Source of the DNA: an uncultured Acidimicrobiia bacterium
Lineage (GTDB): Bacteria > Acidobacteriota > Terriglobia > Versatilivoradales > Versatilivoraceae
DNA: 64,000 nt
Reading direction: 5' to 3'
Assembly: GCA_963786955.1 (NCBI GenBank)
Contig: CAWBAT010000008.1
Location: forward strand, 384,001-448,000
In this document: in pieces, positions 42,506 to 52,461 of the stretch
Numbering within the stretch: the first letter of the stretch is position 1
Layout of the letters: each line of letters begins with the position of its first letter
Notes under the pieces: model-generated
Told to the model about the DNA's origin: nothing
The model's input: only the letters and a program-made list of their open reading frames with translations
Database searches by the model: none
Translations under genes and position numbers: made by a program

Positions 42506-45286
42506 ATGTCCGAAAAACCTAGCAAGGACGGTTTTCCGAGATCTTCTTCCAATCAGCCAAACACTGATCACCATTGTTCCGGCGCCGATTGTTCCTGCGA
42601 TATGGATCGCCGGGATTTTGTTAAAGTAGCCGGAATCAGTGCGGCCAGCCTATTCCAACTGACTTCTTCCTCCAATTTAGCGTCGGCCACGTTACGACCA
42701 TCTCCTCACCAAACCATTCCCTCCAGACTTCTGCTAGATGCTTCATGGCCTGTTCTGCGTTATTACACAGGGGGCTATCTGGCTCGAATCGCGATGCCGC
42801 TGGGGGGAATTGGCACTGGGACAGTTTCACTGGGCGGTCGCGGTGACTTCCGTGATTGGGAAATCATGAATCGCCCCGCCAAAGGCTTCGTCCCTTCAGG
42901 TGGTGGGACCAGCCCCTTTTTTGCGCTGTATGCCAAATTCTCTGGTAAAGAGGCCATCTGCCGCATCCTCGAGGGTCCGCTGGAGCCTTTCGAATTCGAA
43001 GGAGGGTTCGGTTCTCCAGTCCCCAACCAAAATTTTCCTCGCTTTCGAGAATCTGCCTTTGCCACGGCCTACCCCTTTGGCCGTGTCATTCTGACAGACG
43101 CCGATTTACCTCTGGAAGTTCATATCAAGGCCTTTAATCCACTGATTCCGACCGATCCGGAGGAGAGCGGTCTGCCAATGGCAGCTCTCTGTTTTGAACT
43201 GCACAATAAAGGCCAAGAGAATTTGGAAGCCACGATTTGCGGTACCCTCCCTAATTTCATTGGCATGGACGGCTGGGATACCCGCCGGGACTGGAAAGGA
43301 GACCCAGTCATCCAGGGTGCTGCTCGAAACCGCAATGAATTCCGGCGCGGTTCGCAGGTTCAGGGAATTTTCTTTCAATCGGAGGGGGTTGACCATTCCT
43401 CTCCCGCCTGGGGAAGCATGGCACTGGTGACTGCACTGGAAAGTCGAGTCAGCTATCGCACTTCCTGGGCACGGGAGGAATGGGGGTTCCCTTTGCTCGA
43501 TTTTTGGGATGATTTCAGCCAGGACGGTCGGCTGGAAGAACGCGAGAAAGGAGAGAAGACCCAGGCGCCCGCGGGCTCGTTGGCCGTGGAGGTGGCAGTC
43601 CCGCCGCAGGCTTCCAAACAGGTTTGGTTTCTGCTCACCTGGCATTTCCCCAACCGATACAGCTGGACCCCGAAGCACTCAACTTCCCACGAAGAGGATT
43701 GGATTGGGAATTATTACTGCTCGAAATCCCGCAATGCTTGGGAATGCGCAGAAAACAACCTGCCGCGGCTGGGAACGCTTCACGCCAAAACAGCAGACTT
43801 CGTTCGGACTTTCTGCGTGAGCGACCTGCCTGAAGTGGTTAAGGAGGCGGCGCTTTTCAACGTGAGTACGCTGCGGACACAAACCTGTTTTCGGACTCCG
43901 GATGGACGATTCTTTGGCTGGGAAGGGTGCAGCACTCACGCCGGTTGTTGTCACGGTTCCTGTACGCACGTCTGGAACTATGAACAGGCCACACCCTTCC
44001 TCTTTGGAAGTCTGGCAGACACTATGCGCGAGGTGGAATTTGCCCAGGCTACCGATTCAGACGGGTTGATGAGTTTTCGCGTGCATCTGCCGCTGAGCCG
44101 TGCCCACGATTTTGGCAAAGCAGCGGCAGACGGGCAAATGGGCTGCATCATGAAAATGTGCCGGGATTGGCAGCTTTCCGGAAATGACGTTTTGCTCAAA
44201 CAACTCTGGCCTCAAGTTCGCAAAGCCATGGAATTCTGTTGGATCCCTGGTGGCTGGGATGCGAACCGGGATGGAGTCATGGAAGGGTGCCAGCACAATA
44301 CGATGGATGTGGAGTATTATGGTCCCAATCCCCAAATGGGAATCTGGTACCTGGGAGCACTGCGCGCCGCGGAAGAGATGGCCCGTCACTTGAAGGAGGA
44401 ATCGTTTGCCGAGACCTGTCGCGAGCTTTATGAAAAAGGGCGGAACTGGCTCGACCGGGAACTGTTTAATGGAGAATACTACGAACATAAAGTCATGGCC
44501 CCCCGGAGTGTGGAAGAAATTGCTCCCAGTTTGCTCGTCGGCATGGGGGCCGCGGATGTTTCCCATCCCGATTACCAACTGGCACAAGGCTGCCTCGTAG
44601 ACCAGTTAGTAGGTCAACTCCTGGCACATGTCTGCAACTTGGGATACCTGGTGGACCCCGCCCACGTCCGAAAGACCCTGGAGAGCATTCTCAAATACAA
44701 CCGCAAAGCGGATCTCCATGAGCATTTCAATTCCATGAGGGGCTTCGCGCTCGATTCAGAAGAGGCCCTTTTGATGGCTAGCTATCCCAAAGGACGCCCT
44801 CGCAATCCTTTCCCTTATTTCACGGAAGTGATGACTGGATTTGAATACACGGCAGCGGTGGGGATGATTTACGAGGGGATGGTGGAGGAGGGTCTGAACT
44901 GCATCCAGGCCCTTCGTGACCGCTATGACGGCCTCAAACGCAATCCCTTTGACGAGGCGGAATGCGGTCATCATTATGCCAGAGCTATGGCGAGTTGGGC
45001 CGCAGTGCTGGCCTTAACTGGGTTTCACTATTCTGCGGTCAGCGGGACCATGACTCTTAGCCCGCGGCCGGGCAGACACTTCTGGTCGACTGGTTTCGCC
45101 TGGGGCAGTTGCCGCCTATCTCTGTCCGGCAACGAATGTCGATTGAATCTGAAAGTTCACCAGGGAACAGTTGCTCTGTCCCGATTGAACCTGACCTCGT
45201 TTGGAAAACACGAGCTAGCTGCCTCACGCCGCCTCCAGGCCGGTGAAGAATTCACTCAAGTCATCCAGAAAGGATCGAGGGCGTGA
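42506..45286 (+). CDS. Tat-exported glycoside hydrolase family 116 (non-lysosomal glucosylceramidase-like)
   Basis: DRRDFVK Tat motif; PLGGIGTG, CTHVWNY, AADGQMG, HNTMD, DQLVGQ, EVMTGFEY and ECGHHYARAM. Confidence 0.9.
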   Translation: MSEKPSKDGFPRSSSNQPNTDHHCSGADCSCDMDRRDFVKVAGISAASLFQLTSSSNLASATLRPSPHQTIPSRLLLDASWPVLRYYTGGYLARIAMPLGGIGTGTVSLGGRGDFRDWEIMNRPAKGFVPSGGGTSPFFALYAKFSGKEAICRILEGPLEPFEFEGGFGSPVPNQNFPRFRESAFATAYPFGRVILTDADLPLEVHIKAFNPLIPTDPEESGLPMAALCFELHNKGQENLEATICGTLPNFIGMDGWDTRRDWKGDPVIQGAARNRNEFRRGSQVQGIFFQSEGVDHSSPAWGSMALVTALESRVSYRTSWAREEWGFPLLDFWDDFSQDGRLEEREKGEKTQAPAGSLAVEVAVPPQASKQVWFLLTWHFPNRYSWTPKHSTSHEEDWIGNYYCSKSRNAWECAENNLPRLGTLHAKTADFVRTFCVSDLPEVVKEAALFNVSTLRTQTCFRTPDGRFFGWEGCSTHAGCCHGSCTHVWNYEQATPFLFGSLADTMREVEFAQATDSDGLMSFRVHLPLSRAHDFGKAAADGQMGCIMKMCRDWQLSGNDVLLKQLWPQVRKAMEFCWIPGGWDANRDGVMEGCQHNTMDVEYYGPNPQMGIWYLGALRAAEEMARHLKEESFAETCRELYEKGRNWLDRELFNGEYYEHKVMAPRSVEEIAPSLLVGMGAADVSHPDYQLAQGCLVDQLVGQLLAHVCNLGYLVDPAHVRKTLESILKYNRKADLHEHFNSMRGFALDSEEALLMASYPKGRPRNPFPYFTEVMTGFEYTAAVGMIYEGMVEEGLNCIQALRDRYDGLKRNPFDEAECGHHYARAMASWAAVLALTGFHYSAVSGTMTLSPRPGRHFWSTGFAWGSCRLSLSGNECRLNLKVHQGTVALSRLNLTSFGKHELAASRRLQAGEEFTQVIQKGSRA

Positions 45287-45479
45287 AGGCATGGAATTAG
45301 GCAGCCAATACGAGCCCAGGACCTCAGATAGAGGCCCGGGCTCTCGGCGTGCTTAAGGCAATAAGCTGGTAACAGTACACGACGGAAGCACCTACCCAAC
45401 TCCCGACTATAGAAACGAATACCTTCAAACGGTTAACCGTGTCGCCGTGATGTGGGGATAGGAAAAGAATTTCATTTGG

Positions 45480-46910
45480 ATGCGCCTAATAGACGGACTG
45501 AAGAATCTCGAAAGTGAATTCAAGCCGATGCTCCGCTTATCAGTTCCGGTAGTATTGGCCGAGTTGGGCTGGGTGACGATGGGGATTATCGACACCATGA
45601 TGGTAGGTCGTGTCGGGCCGGAAGCCATCGGAGGGGTCAGTCTGGGGAGTATTATGTTTTTCAGCGTTGCGATTTTTGGAATGGGATTATTGTTGGGACT
45701 CGACACTTTAGTCTCACAAGCATTTCGGGGCCGGCGATCTGGAAGCCTGTCACAGTAACCTTTTCCAGGGAGCTTATCTCAGTTTGTTTTCTGACGATTC
45801 CACTCTCGCTCTTGGTTCTTAGTTTTATCCCGTTCTTGAATTCATGGGGATTAAATCCCGGCGTCTTAAAGCAAACTTTCCCTTATTTGAAGGCCATCGT
45901 CTGGAGTTTGTTGCCGCTATTGCTCTACGCCACATTTCGACGTTATTTGCAAGCGATGAACCAGGTGAAGCCGATCATGTTTGCCCTGATCAGTGCGAAC
46001 CTGGTCAATGCCGTCGGGAACTGGATCCTCATCTTCGGTCACCTGGGGGCGCCCGCCATGGGGGCCGAAGGGGCTGGATGGGCGACCTGTTTTTCACGAA
46101 TCTATATGGCGTTGGCGCTACTCGCAGCTATCTGGGCTTATGATCGCCGTACCCGATCCGGCTTATGGACGGGCACAAAGAGTCTCGACGTGAGACAACA
46201 GTTAGACTGATCCAGCTGGGACTGCCTGCTTCGCTGCAAATTACTCATGGAAGTGGGTGTGTTTGGAGCGGCGACAGCACTGGCCGGGAAATTGACTCCC
46301 ATTGCCTTGGCATCCCATCACATTGCCTTGAATGCGGCCAGCTTTACCTTCATGGTCCCATTGGGTATTGCCTCTGCAGGAGCTGTCCGGGTCGGGCAAG
46401 CCATTGGGCGGGCTGATCCCAGCTGGGGCAAGCCGATCGGGATGGACTGCCTTGTGTCTTGGCACTGGCTTCATGGCTGTGTCCGGGTTGGCTTTTTTGA
46501 CAATTCCACATCAGATTCTCCGAATATTTACCACCAATTCGGTTGTTATTGATTCCGGGGTCACTTTGCTCTATGTTGCAGCCGTGTTTCAATTATTTGA
46601 CGGCCTTCAAGTCGTGGCTACGGGTATCCTGCGTGGAGCCGGGGACACACGAACGCCAATGATCTGTAACTTGATTGGTCATTGGTTTTTGGGTCTGCCC
46701 ACAGGATACATCCTGTGCTTCGTAGTAGATTGGGGGGTCCTTGGACTGTGGATGGGACTCTCGGTGGGATTGATTCTTGTAGGCGTATTTCTCTTGTTGG
46801 TGTGGTCAAGAAAAGTCATGCAATTGAACCGAGAACTCAGTCGGATCAAGAACGCACCAATGAATGAGAAGGAGTCTGCATTTTTCCCGGGGGCTATCCC
46901 AATTCCCTGA
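45480..46910 (+). CDS. MATE family efflux transporter (NorM-like; frameshifted)
   Basis: IDTMMVGR, multiple TM helices, FQLFDGLQ and LRGAGDT. Confidence 0.93.
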
Positions 46911-46925
46911 GAAGCTGCATCTCCA

Positions 46926-47993
46926 TTAGAGCTTCCCGATCTCCTGGACAATTCGGTCGCCCAAGTCTCGAGTAGAAAGATTTCCCCCTAAGTCGCGCGT
47001 CCGATTGGTGGGCTTTCTCAGAACGGACTCAACCGCGGATCGAATGAATGAGGCACCACGAATCGTCTTCGGATGATCCAGCCACTCTAACAGCATCGCA
47101 ACGGAAAGAATCATGGCCACGGGATTAGCAATGCCTTGACCCGCAATGTCTGGGGCGGAGCCGTGGCAAGGTTGAAAGACTCCAAAGTGGTCTCCCAAGT
47201 CTGCTGAAGGAGCCATCCCCATGCCGCCGATCAAGCCAGCGGCAAGATCGGAAAGGATGTCTCCGAACATATTCTCGGTGACCAGCACATCGAAGGTTTC
47301 AGGACGCTGCAGCAGATAAAGGCTGGCGGCATCCACGTAAATCTTTTCTGTTTCCACTCCCGGAAACTCGCCCGGATACTTCATCGAAGATCTGGCGGAA
47401 ATAAGCCATGGAGGGCAGGACATTTGCTTTGTCAACTAACGTGAGACGCCGATGCCGCCGGGCGGCGTGTTGAAAAGCAGCCCGAAACAGTCGCTCCGAT
47501 CGGAATCGCGTCACGCGCAGCGTGTCACACACTTCATCGGACCCCGGCGCCTGTTTTTTGTGGCGCTCAGAAAAAAGCCCCTCCGTGCTCTCCCGAACAA
47601 TCAGCAAGTCGATCTCTCCGCCCCGCAAGTTCTTTAGAGGGCTGTGGTCTTTGTGATAGAGATGAACGGGTCTTAAGCCGCAATACAAATCCAGTTGCTC
47701 GCGGATGTCAATTTGGGGGGTCATTTCTACTCCATCGGGCCAGCGAATCTCAGGCAGCCCCATAGCGCCCAATAAGATTGCATCATGCTGCTTCAGCGCC
47801 TCCAGTGTGCTTGCCGGTAAGGGATCCCCATGGCGAAGATATTCGCCAGCCCCAACCGAGTAATCCGTGTAAACGAAGTGGATGTCAGAAAGCTTGGATT
47901 CGACCGTGCGCAGAGCGGCCAGCCCTTCCTCCATGACTTCCAGCCCGATGCCGTCGCCGGGAAGCACTGCAATGCTGTAACTAACTGGGTCCA
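46926..47993 (-). CDS. Isocitrate/isopropylmalate dehydrogenase family protein (frameshift near 47370)
   Basis: [23 protein letters not shown] and HGSAPDIAG. Confidence 0.92.
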
Positions 47994-48063
47994 TGGAGTT
48001 CAATCCCGCATTCACACCAATAGAATCGCCATGCTTATACGAAGTTACTTAAGAGAAAACAAA

Positions 48064-49128
48064 TTAAGTCGAGTGCCAATTCTCCTCTCCCGACTTCTGT
48101 CCACTCCGCTCAAGGCCCACAGCCTGTCGGGTTGTCGCGGAGCGATAACAGGCTTCCACTGCCTCAACCGTTTTTAAATATTCTGTCCCTTCAGTTTCAC
48201 ACAGGTTGCCGGTCTTCAGGCAATCAAGATAATGCTCCTGGGCGGCTCTGACGCTGTCCCCTTTGTACCCGAGCTCGGAAGAAGGGAAGTGGTGAGCCGC
48301 TTCTTCCTGGCCAATTTCCGAAACAAAAAGACGCCCGCTAGAAGTGAGCCGGATCATGCCGCGATCTCCTTCAAGGCGGAAAGACCCCATCGCGATTTTG
48401 GAAGGTTCCCGGCCATTGATTCGATTGGCGTCAATCAATCCGTGGATCCCGTTAGCCATGATCAATTGGATCTGTGCATAATCCTCTCCTTGAATGACAG
48501 GGTTGATTCGTTGGGTCTGACAATGAAGGGATTGGATTTCTCCTGCCAGGTAACGAGCGGTGTCGAGCTGGTGAACGAGCATTTCGTAAATGAGTAAACG
48601 AGGCATCTCGCGGAAATAGGGCTGAGCCTTGTAAGGATCGGGCCCAAGTCCGTCACCGGAGCGCATGCGAAAGGCAAGCTGGTAGGGTTTACCCACTCCT
48701 CCTGTCTCCATCAGTCGCTTCACTTCCCGGTACCAGGGCTGCCAGCGCCAATTCTCATGCATTAAGAGCCTTACCCCCGCCTTGGCGCAGGTCTCAACCA
48801 TAGCTTCAGCGTCCTTCTGGCCGGCGGCCATCGGCTTCTGGCAGATGATATGAACACCTTGGCGAGCGGCCAGAGAAACGAGAGTCGGGTGGGAATCGGG
48901 TCGGGTGACAATATCCACAAAGTCGGGGTTTTCACTTTGGATCATTGTTTCGGCATCTGTGTAGGCCCTGCTAATTCCCCATTGATCGGCAAATTGCTGG
49001 GCGCGACCCGGAATGAGATCAGCAATGGCCGCGATTCGGGCACCACCCATGCGGCTCCAGGCCTCCGCATGAAAATGGGCGAAGAACCCGGCTCCAATCA
49101 TGACTCCCTTCATCTCTCCCCTCTGCAT
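48064..49128 (-). CDS. Gfo/Idh/MocA family oxidoreductase
   Basis: IGAGFF, ICQKP and HENWRWQP. Confidence 0.92.
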   Translation of the reverse strand: MQRGEMKGVMIGAGFFAHFHAEAWSRMGGARIAAIADLIPGRAQQFADQWGISRAYTDAETMIQSENPDFVDIVTRPDSHPTLVSLAARQGVHIICQKPMAAGQKDAEAMVETCAKAGVRLLMHENWRWQPWYREVKRLMETGGVGKPYQLAFRMRSGDGLGPDPYKAQPYFREMPRLLIYEMLVHQLDTARYLAGEIQSLHCQTQRINPVIQGEDYAQIQLIMANGIHGLIDANRINGREPSKIAMGSFRLEGDRGMIRLTSSGRLFVSEIGQEEAAHHFPSSELGYKGDSVRAAQEHYLDCLKTGNLCETEGTEYLKTVEAVEACYRSATTRQAVGLERSGQKSGEENWHST

Positions 49129-49372
49129 GTTGTCAAAACTCCTAAGATCTTATTTCCGCAGGCGGATGCACCCAGAGTCAACGGCCTCGAGTCTGGAGTT
49201 TGACTCTTTGTCCTTTGGCCTTGATTCTTCAGCTACAAAGCTGTGGAATAATGATTCAAGAGTGAAAGAGAAGTCAAATTTAGGGTGCCCCGAGGATTTT
49301 TTTGTGAATTGTTGTTCAGCTACCAAACTCTCGCAATAAACACTTCCTAAACTTATGAATGGAGAAATCGTG

Positions 49373-50413
49373 ATGAAAAGGATGTTTGGAATCGGTGCTC
49401 TTCTGGCCCTTTGTGTTCTACTGATGACCTGTTCTCAGGCGCCTTCCCCTGGTCAAGGTCCTCACACATCCATTCCGGTGCCCGCAGGCGCTGGGACCAT
49501 AGTCGAAATAGATCCCGCGATGAGGGCGATTTTTCCGGCGGAAGTAAAGATCGAAAAATTGGCGGACGGATTTGCCTTTATCGAAGGACCGATTTGGATT
49601 CACGAAGAAGGTGGGGTCCTTCTCTTCAGCGATATTCCCAGAAATCAAATCATGAAATGGACCCCCAGCGGGAACGTCACTGAATTTCGCAAGCCGAGCG
49701 GATATACGGGTCCTCCCGAGCGTGCCAGTGCCTACAGTGGGTCCAATGGACTGACCCTCGATAAGCAGGGGAGATTAATCATTTGCGAACACGGCGACCG
49801 GCGCGTAACGCGCTTGGAAAAGGACGGGAAGGTTACCGTGCTCGCGAGTCAATACGAAGGGAAAAAGCTCAATAGTCCGAACGATGCCGTTTACCGGTCC
49901 GACGGCAGTCTCTACTTCACGGATCCTCCCTATGGACTGGCCAGTGAGAAAGACCAAGAGCTGGATTTTTCCGGGATCTACCGGATAAAACCCGATGGGC
50001 AGTTGGAGCTCCTAAGTAAGAAACTCAGCCGGCCCAACGGACTGGCATTTTCGCCCGATGAAAAAACTCTTTATGTTTCCAACTCAGACCCTCAGCAAAG
50101 ACTGTGGATGGCCTATGATGTGGCAGAAGAAGGGACTCTCTCCAACGGCCGGGTTCTTCTTGATGTCACAGCTGAGAAAGACGAAGGGCTTCCAGACGGG
50201 CTCAAGGTTGATACGCAGGGGATTATTTATGCCACTGGCCCCGGAGGTATCTGGATCATCAGTCCCCAAGGAAAGCACCTGGGAACGATTAAACCGAATG
50301 AGAACCCGGCCAATTGTCATTGGGGGGACACAGACGGCAAGACCCTTTACATGACGGCGAAGACGGGTTTGTACCGGATTCGCTTAATCAATCCAGGCAT
50401 CCGACCGCAATAA
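49373..50413 (+). CDS. SMP-30/gluconolactonase family lipoprotein
   Basis: Lipobox LMTC; EGP, SNGL, NSPND, PNGLAFSPD and PDG. Confidence 0.93.
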   Translation: MKRMFGIGALLALCVLLMTCSQAPSPGQGPHTSIPVPAGAGTIVEIDPAMRAIFPAEVKIEKLADGFAFIEGPIWIHEEGGVLLFSDIPRNQIMKWTPSGNVTEFRKPSGYTGPPERASAYSGSNGLTLDKQGRLIICEHGDRRVTRLEKDGKVTVLASQYEGKKLNSPNDAVYRSDGSLYFTDPPYGLASEKDQELDFSGIYRIKPDGQLELLSKKLSRPNGLAFSPDEKTLYVSNSDPQQRLWMAYDVAEEGTLSNGRVLLDVTAEKDEGLPDGLKVDTQGIIYATGPGGIWIISPQGKHLGTIKPNENPANCHWGDTDGKTLYMTAKTGLYRIRLINPGIRPQ

Positions 50414-50599
50414 GTTGGGTCGGGTGGTTCTGGATGGCACCCTAGAAACTATCAGGGGTCGCGAGTTCGGAATCCGAAGCCCTGCCGGCCACTATCGGAG
50501 TTCTCAATCGGCACTCGGCAATTGGAATTCGTGACTCTTCTTGCGCGTCTTTAGATCCTCCTGCGATAATCTGAATAATTTTGGAATGATAGGATTCGT

Positions 50600-52021
50600 A
50601 TGGACAGCGTGATCGTTGCATCAAGTCTTGCTTTGGGGATTTTCCTGGGAGCCGTGGTGGGCTGGCTTTTGACTAAAGCCACTATGGGGCAGCAGTCTGC
50701 CGAAGAGCTGGCCGAAGCCAAAGTGCAAGGCGCCGCCCTGTTGGAACGAATTACGAGCCGGGATCAGGAAATTGCCCAACTCTCGCAAAGGCTCAATGAG
50801 TTTGAGGAAGCGTGTGAGAAGCTAAGGGCAGACTTGGTGCAAGAATCAAACGCCCGAGCCACCGCCGAAGAAAGAGCTCGATCCATCCCGGAGTTGAAAG
50901 ATGCTGAAGAGCAGCTGCGGAATATGTTCCAAGCGCTTTCCGCCCAGGCTCTAAATGAGAACAACCAGACCTTTCTGACACTGGCGAAATCAACTCTGGA
51001 ACGATATCAGTCTGAAGCGCAAGGCGACCTGGACCAGCGGCAGAAAGCCGTAGAAACTTTGGTTTCGCCCATCAGAGAAACCTTGGAAAAATATGATCAG
51101 CAGATTCAAGCCATTGAAAAATCCCGCAGCGAAGCCTACGGCAGTTTATCCCAACAAGTACAGTCGCTGTTGACGTCACAACATAAATTGGAAGCGGAGA
51201 CGGGCAACCTCGTCAAAGCCTTGCGCATGCCGCAGGTTCGAGGGCGTTGGGGAGAACTGACGCTGCGGCGAGTCGTCGAGTTGGCATTAATGATTCCTTA
51301 TTGCGACTTTGACGAGCAGCAAAGCCTCTCGACCGAGAACGGAAAGCTGCGACCGGATATGACGGTGCATTTACCCGGAGGGAAGAACATTGTGGTGGAT
51401 GCGAAGGCCCCTATCCAGGCCTACCTGGATGCTTTGGATGCTCCCGATGAAGAATCGCGCCGCCTCTGTCTGCAGGCCCATGCCAGGCAAATTCGCGCCC
51501 GCTTGCAGGACCTGAGCAGCAAAGCTTACTGGGATCGGTTGGACTCAAGCCCTGAGTTCGTGATTATGTTTATCCCGGGTGAATCCTTTTATGGAGCGGC
51601 GTTGGAACAGGATCCGCAGCTTATCGAAGATGGAGTGGCCCAACGCGTCATCTTGGCAACTCCTCTGACCTTAATTGCTCTCTTGCGGGCCGTGGCCTTC
51701 GGTTGGCGCCAAGAGAGGATTGCTGAAAATGCACGCCAGATTAGCGACCTCGGCAAAGAACTTTATGAGCGCGTGGCCATTTTAACCGAACATTTGCGGG
51801 GCCTCGGAAGAAACCTGGGCAGCAGCGTTGACGCATACAACAAATTCATCGGCTCACTGGAGAGCCGGGTTCTGGTTTCAGCCAGGAAGTTCAAGGAGCT
51901 TGGAGCAACCGCACAGGAGGACATTCTTGAATTAGCCCCCATTGAGCCATCCATCCGCGACGTGCAAGCTCAAGAATTGTTGCTCGTCGATGGGGAGAAG
52001 ACGAGAGGAGGCGAAAACTAA
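50600..52021 (+). CDS. rmuC: DNA recombination protein RmuC
   Basis: N-terminal TM, coiled coil, RGRWGE, RPD, VDAK and FIPGE. Confidence 0.95.
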   Translation: MDSVIVASSLALGIFLGAVVGWLLTKATMGQQSAEELAEAKVQGAALLERITSRDQEIAQLSQRLNEFEEACEKLRADLVQESNARATAEERARSIPELKDAEEQLRNMFQALSAQALNENNQTFLTLAKSTLERYQSEAQGDLDQRQKAVETLVSPIRETLEKYDQQIQAIEKSRSEAYGSLSQQVQSLLTSQHKLEAETGNLVKALRMPQVRGRWGELTLRRVVELALMIPYCDFDEQQSLSTENGKLRPDMTVHLPGGKNIVVDAKAPIQAYLDALDAPDEESRRLCLQAHARQIRARLQDLSSKAYWDRLDSSPEFVIMFIPGESFYGAALEQDPQLIEDGVAQRVILATPLTLIALLRAVAFGWRQERIAENARQISDLGKELYERVAILTEHLRGLGRNLGSSVDAYNKFIGSLESRVLVSARKFKELGATAQEDILELAPIEPSIRDVQAQELLLVDGEKTRGGEN

Positions 52022-52461
52022 CGATTACGGATTGCAGAACATAGTGGCTCGCCCCTGCCCCCTGATCCCTCTTCAATGCTCCAGTTTTGAATATATCTAT
52101 TCTCTTATATTCCCATATTCATTTCTTTGCGCCGGCTGCGGTGACAAAAAAAGCACGTCATTTGTTGTCACTTGTCGTTTTTTGTCGTTGGTCCTCCAAC
52201 AACATCTCCCCCCCACCAGTTTCATATCTGAAATTCGCCTTGTGAATCTCCTTGAAAACATTCATCGAGTAATTTCCAGAGATCAGAGGGTCTCCGGAAA
52301 ATTTTCATAAGGTGTCTAGGTAGCCAAATTGCAAGCTCCAGGCTGGAACGCACATATCTTGTACGCATTCTCCGTGTTTCAGCACCTGGCAGAGTTTAAA
52401 CATCTAAGAAAAGCACTTTTGTATTTTTGTTCTGCTCAAAATCTACTGAGGTGAAACTCCT

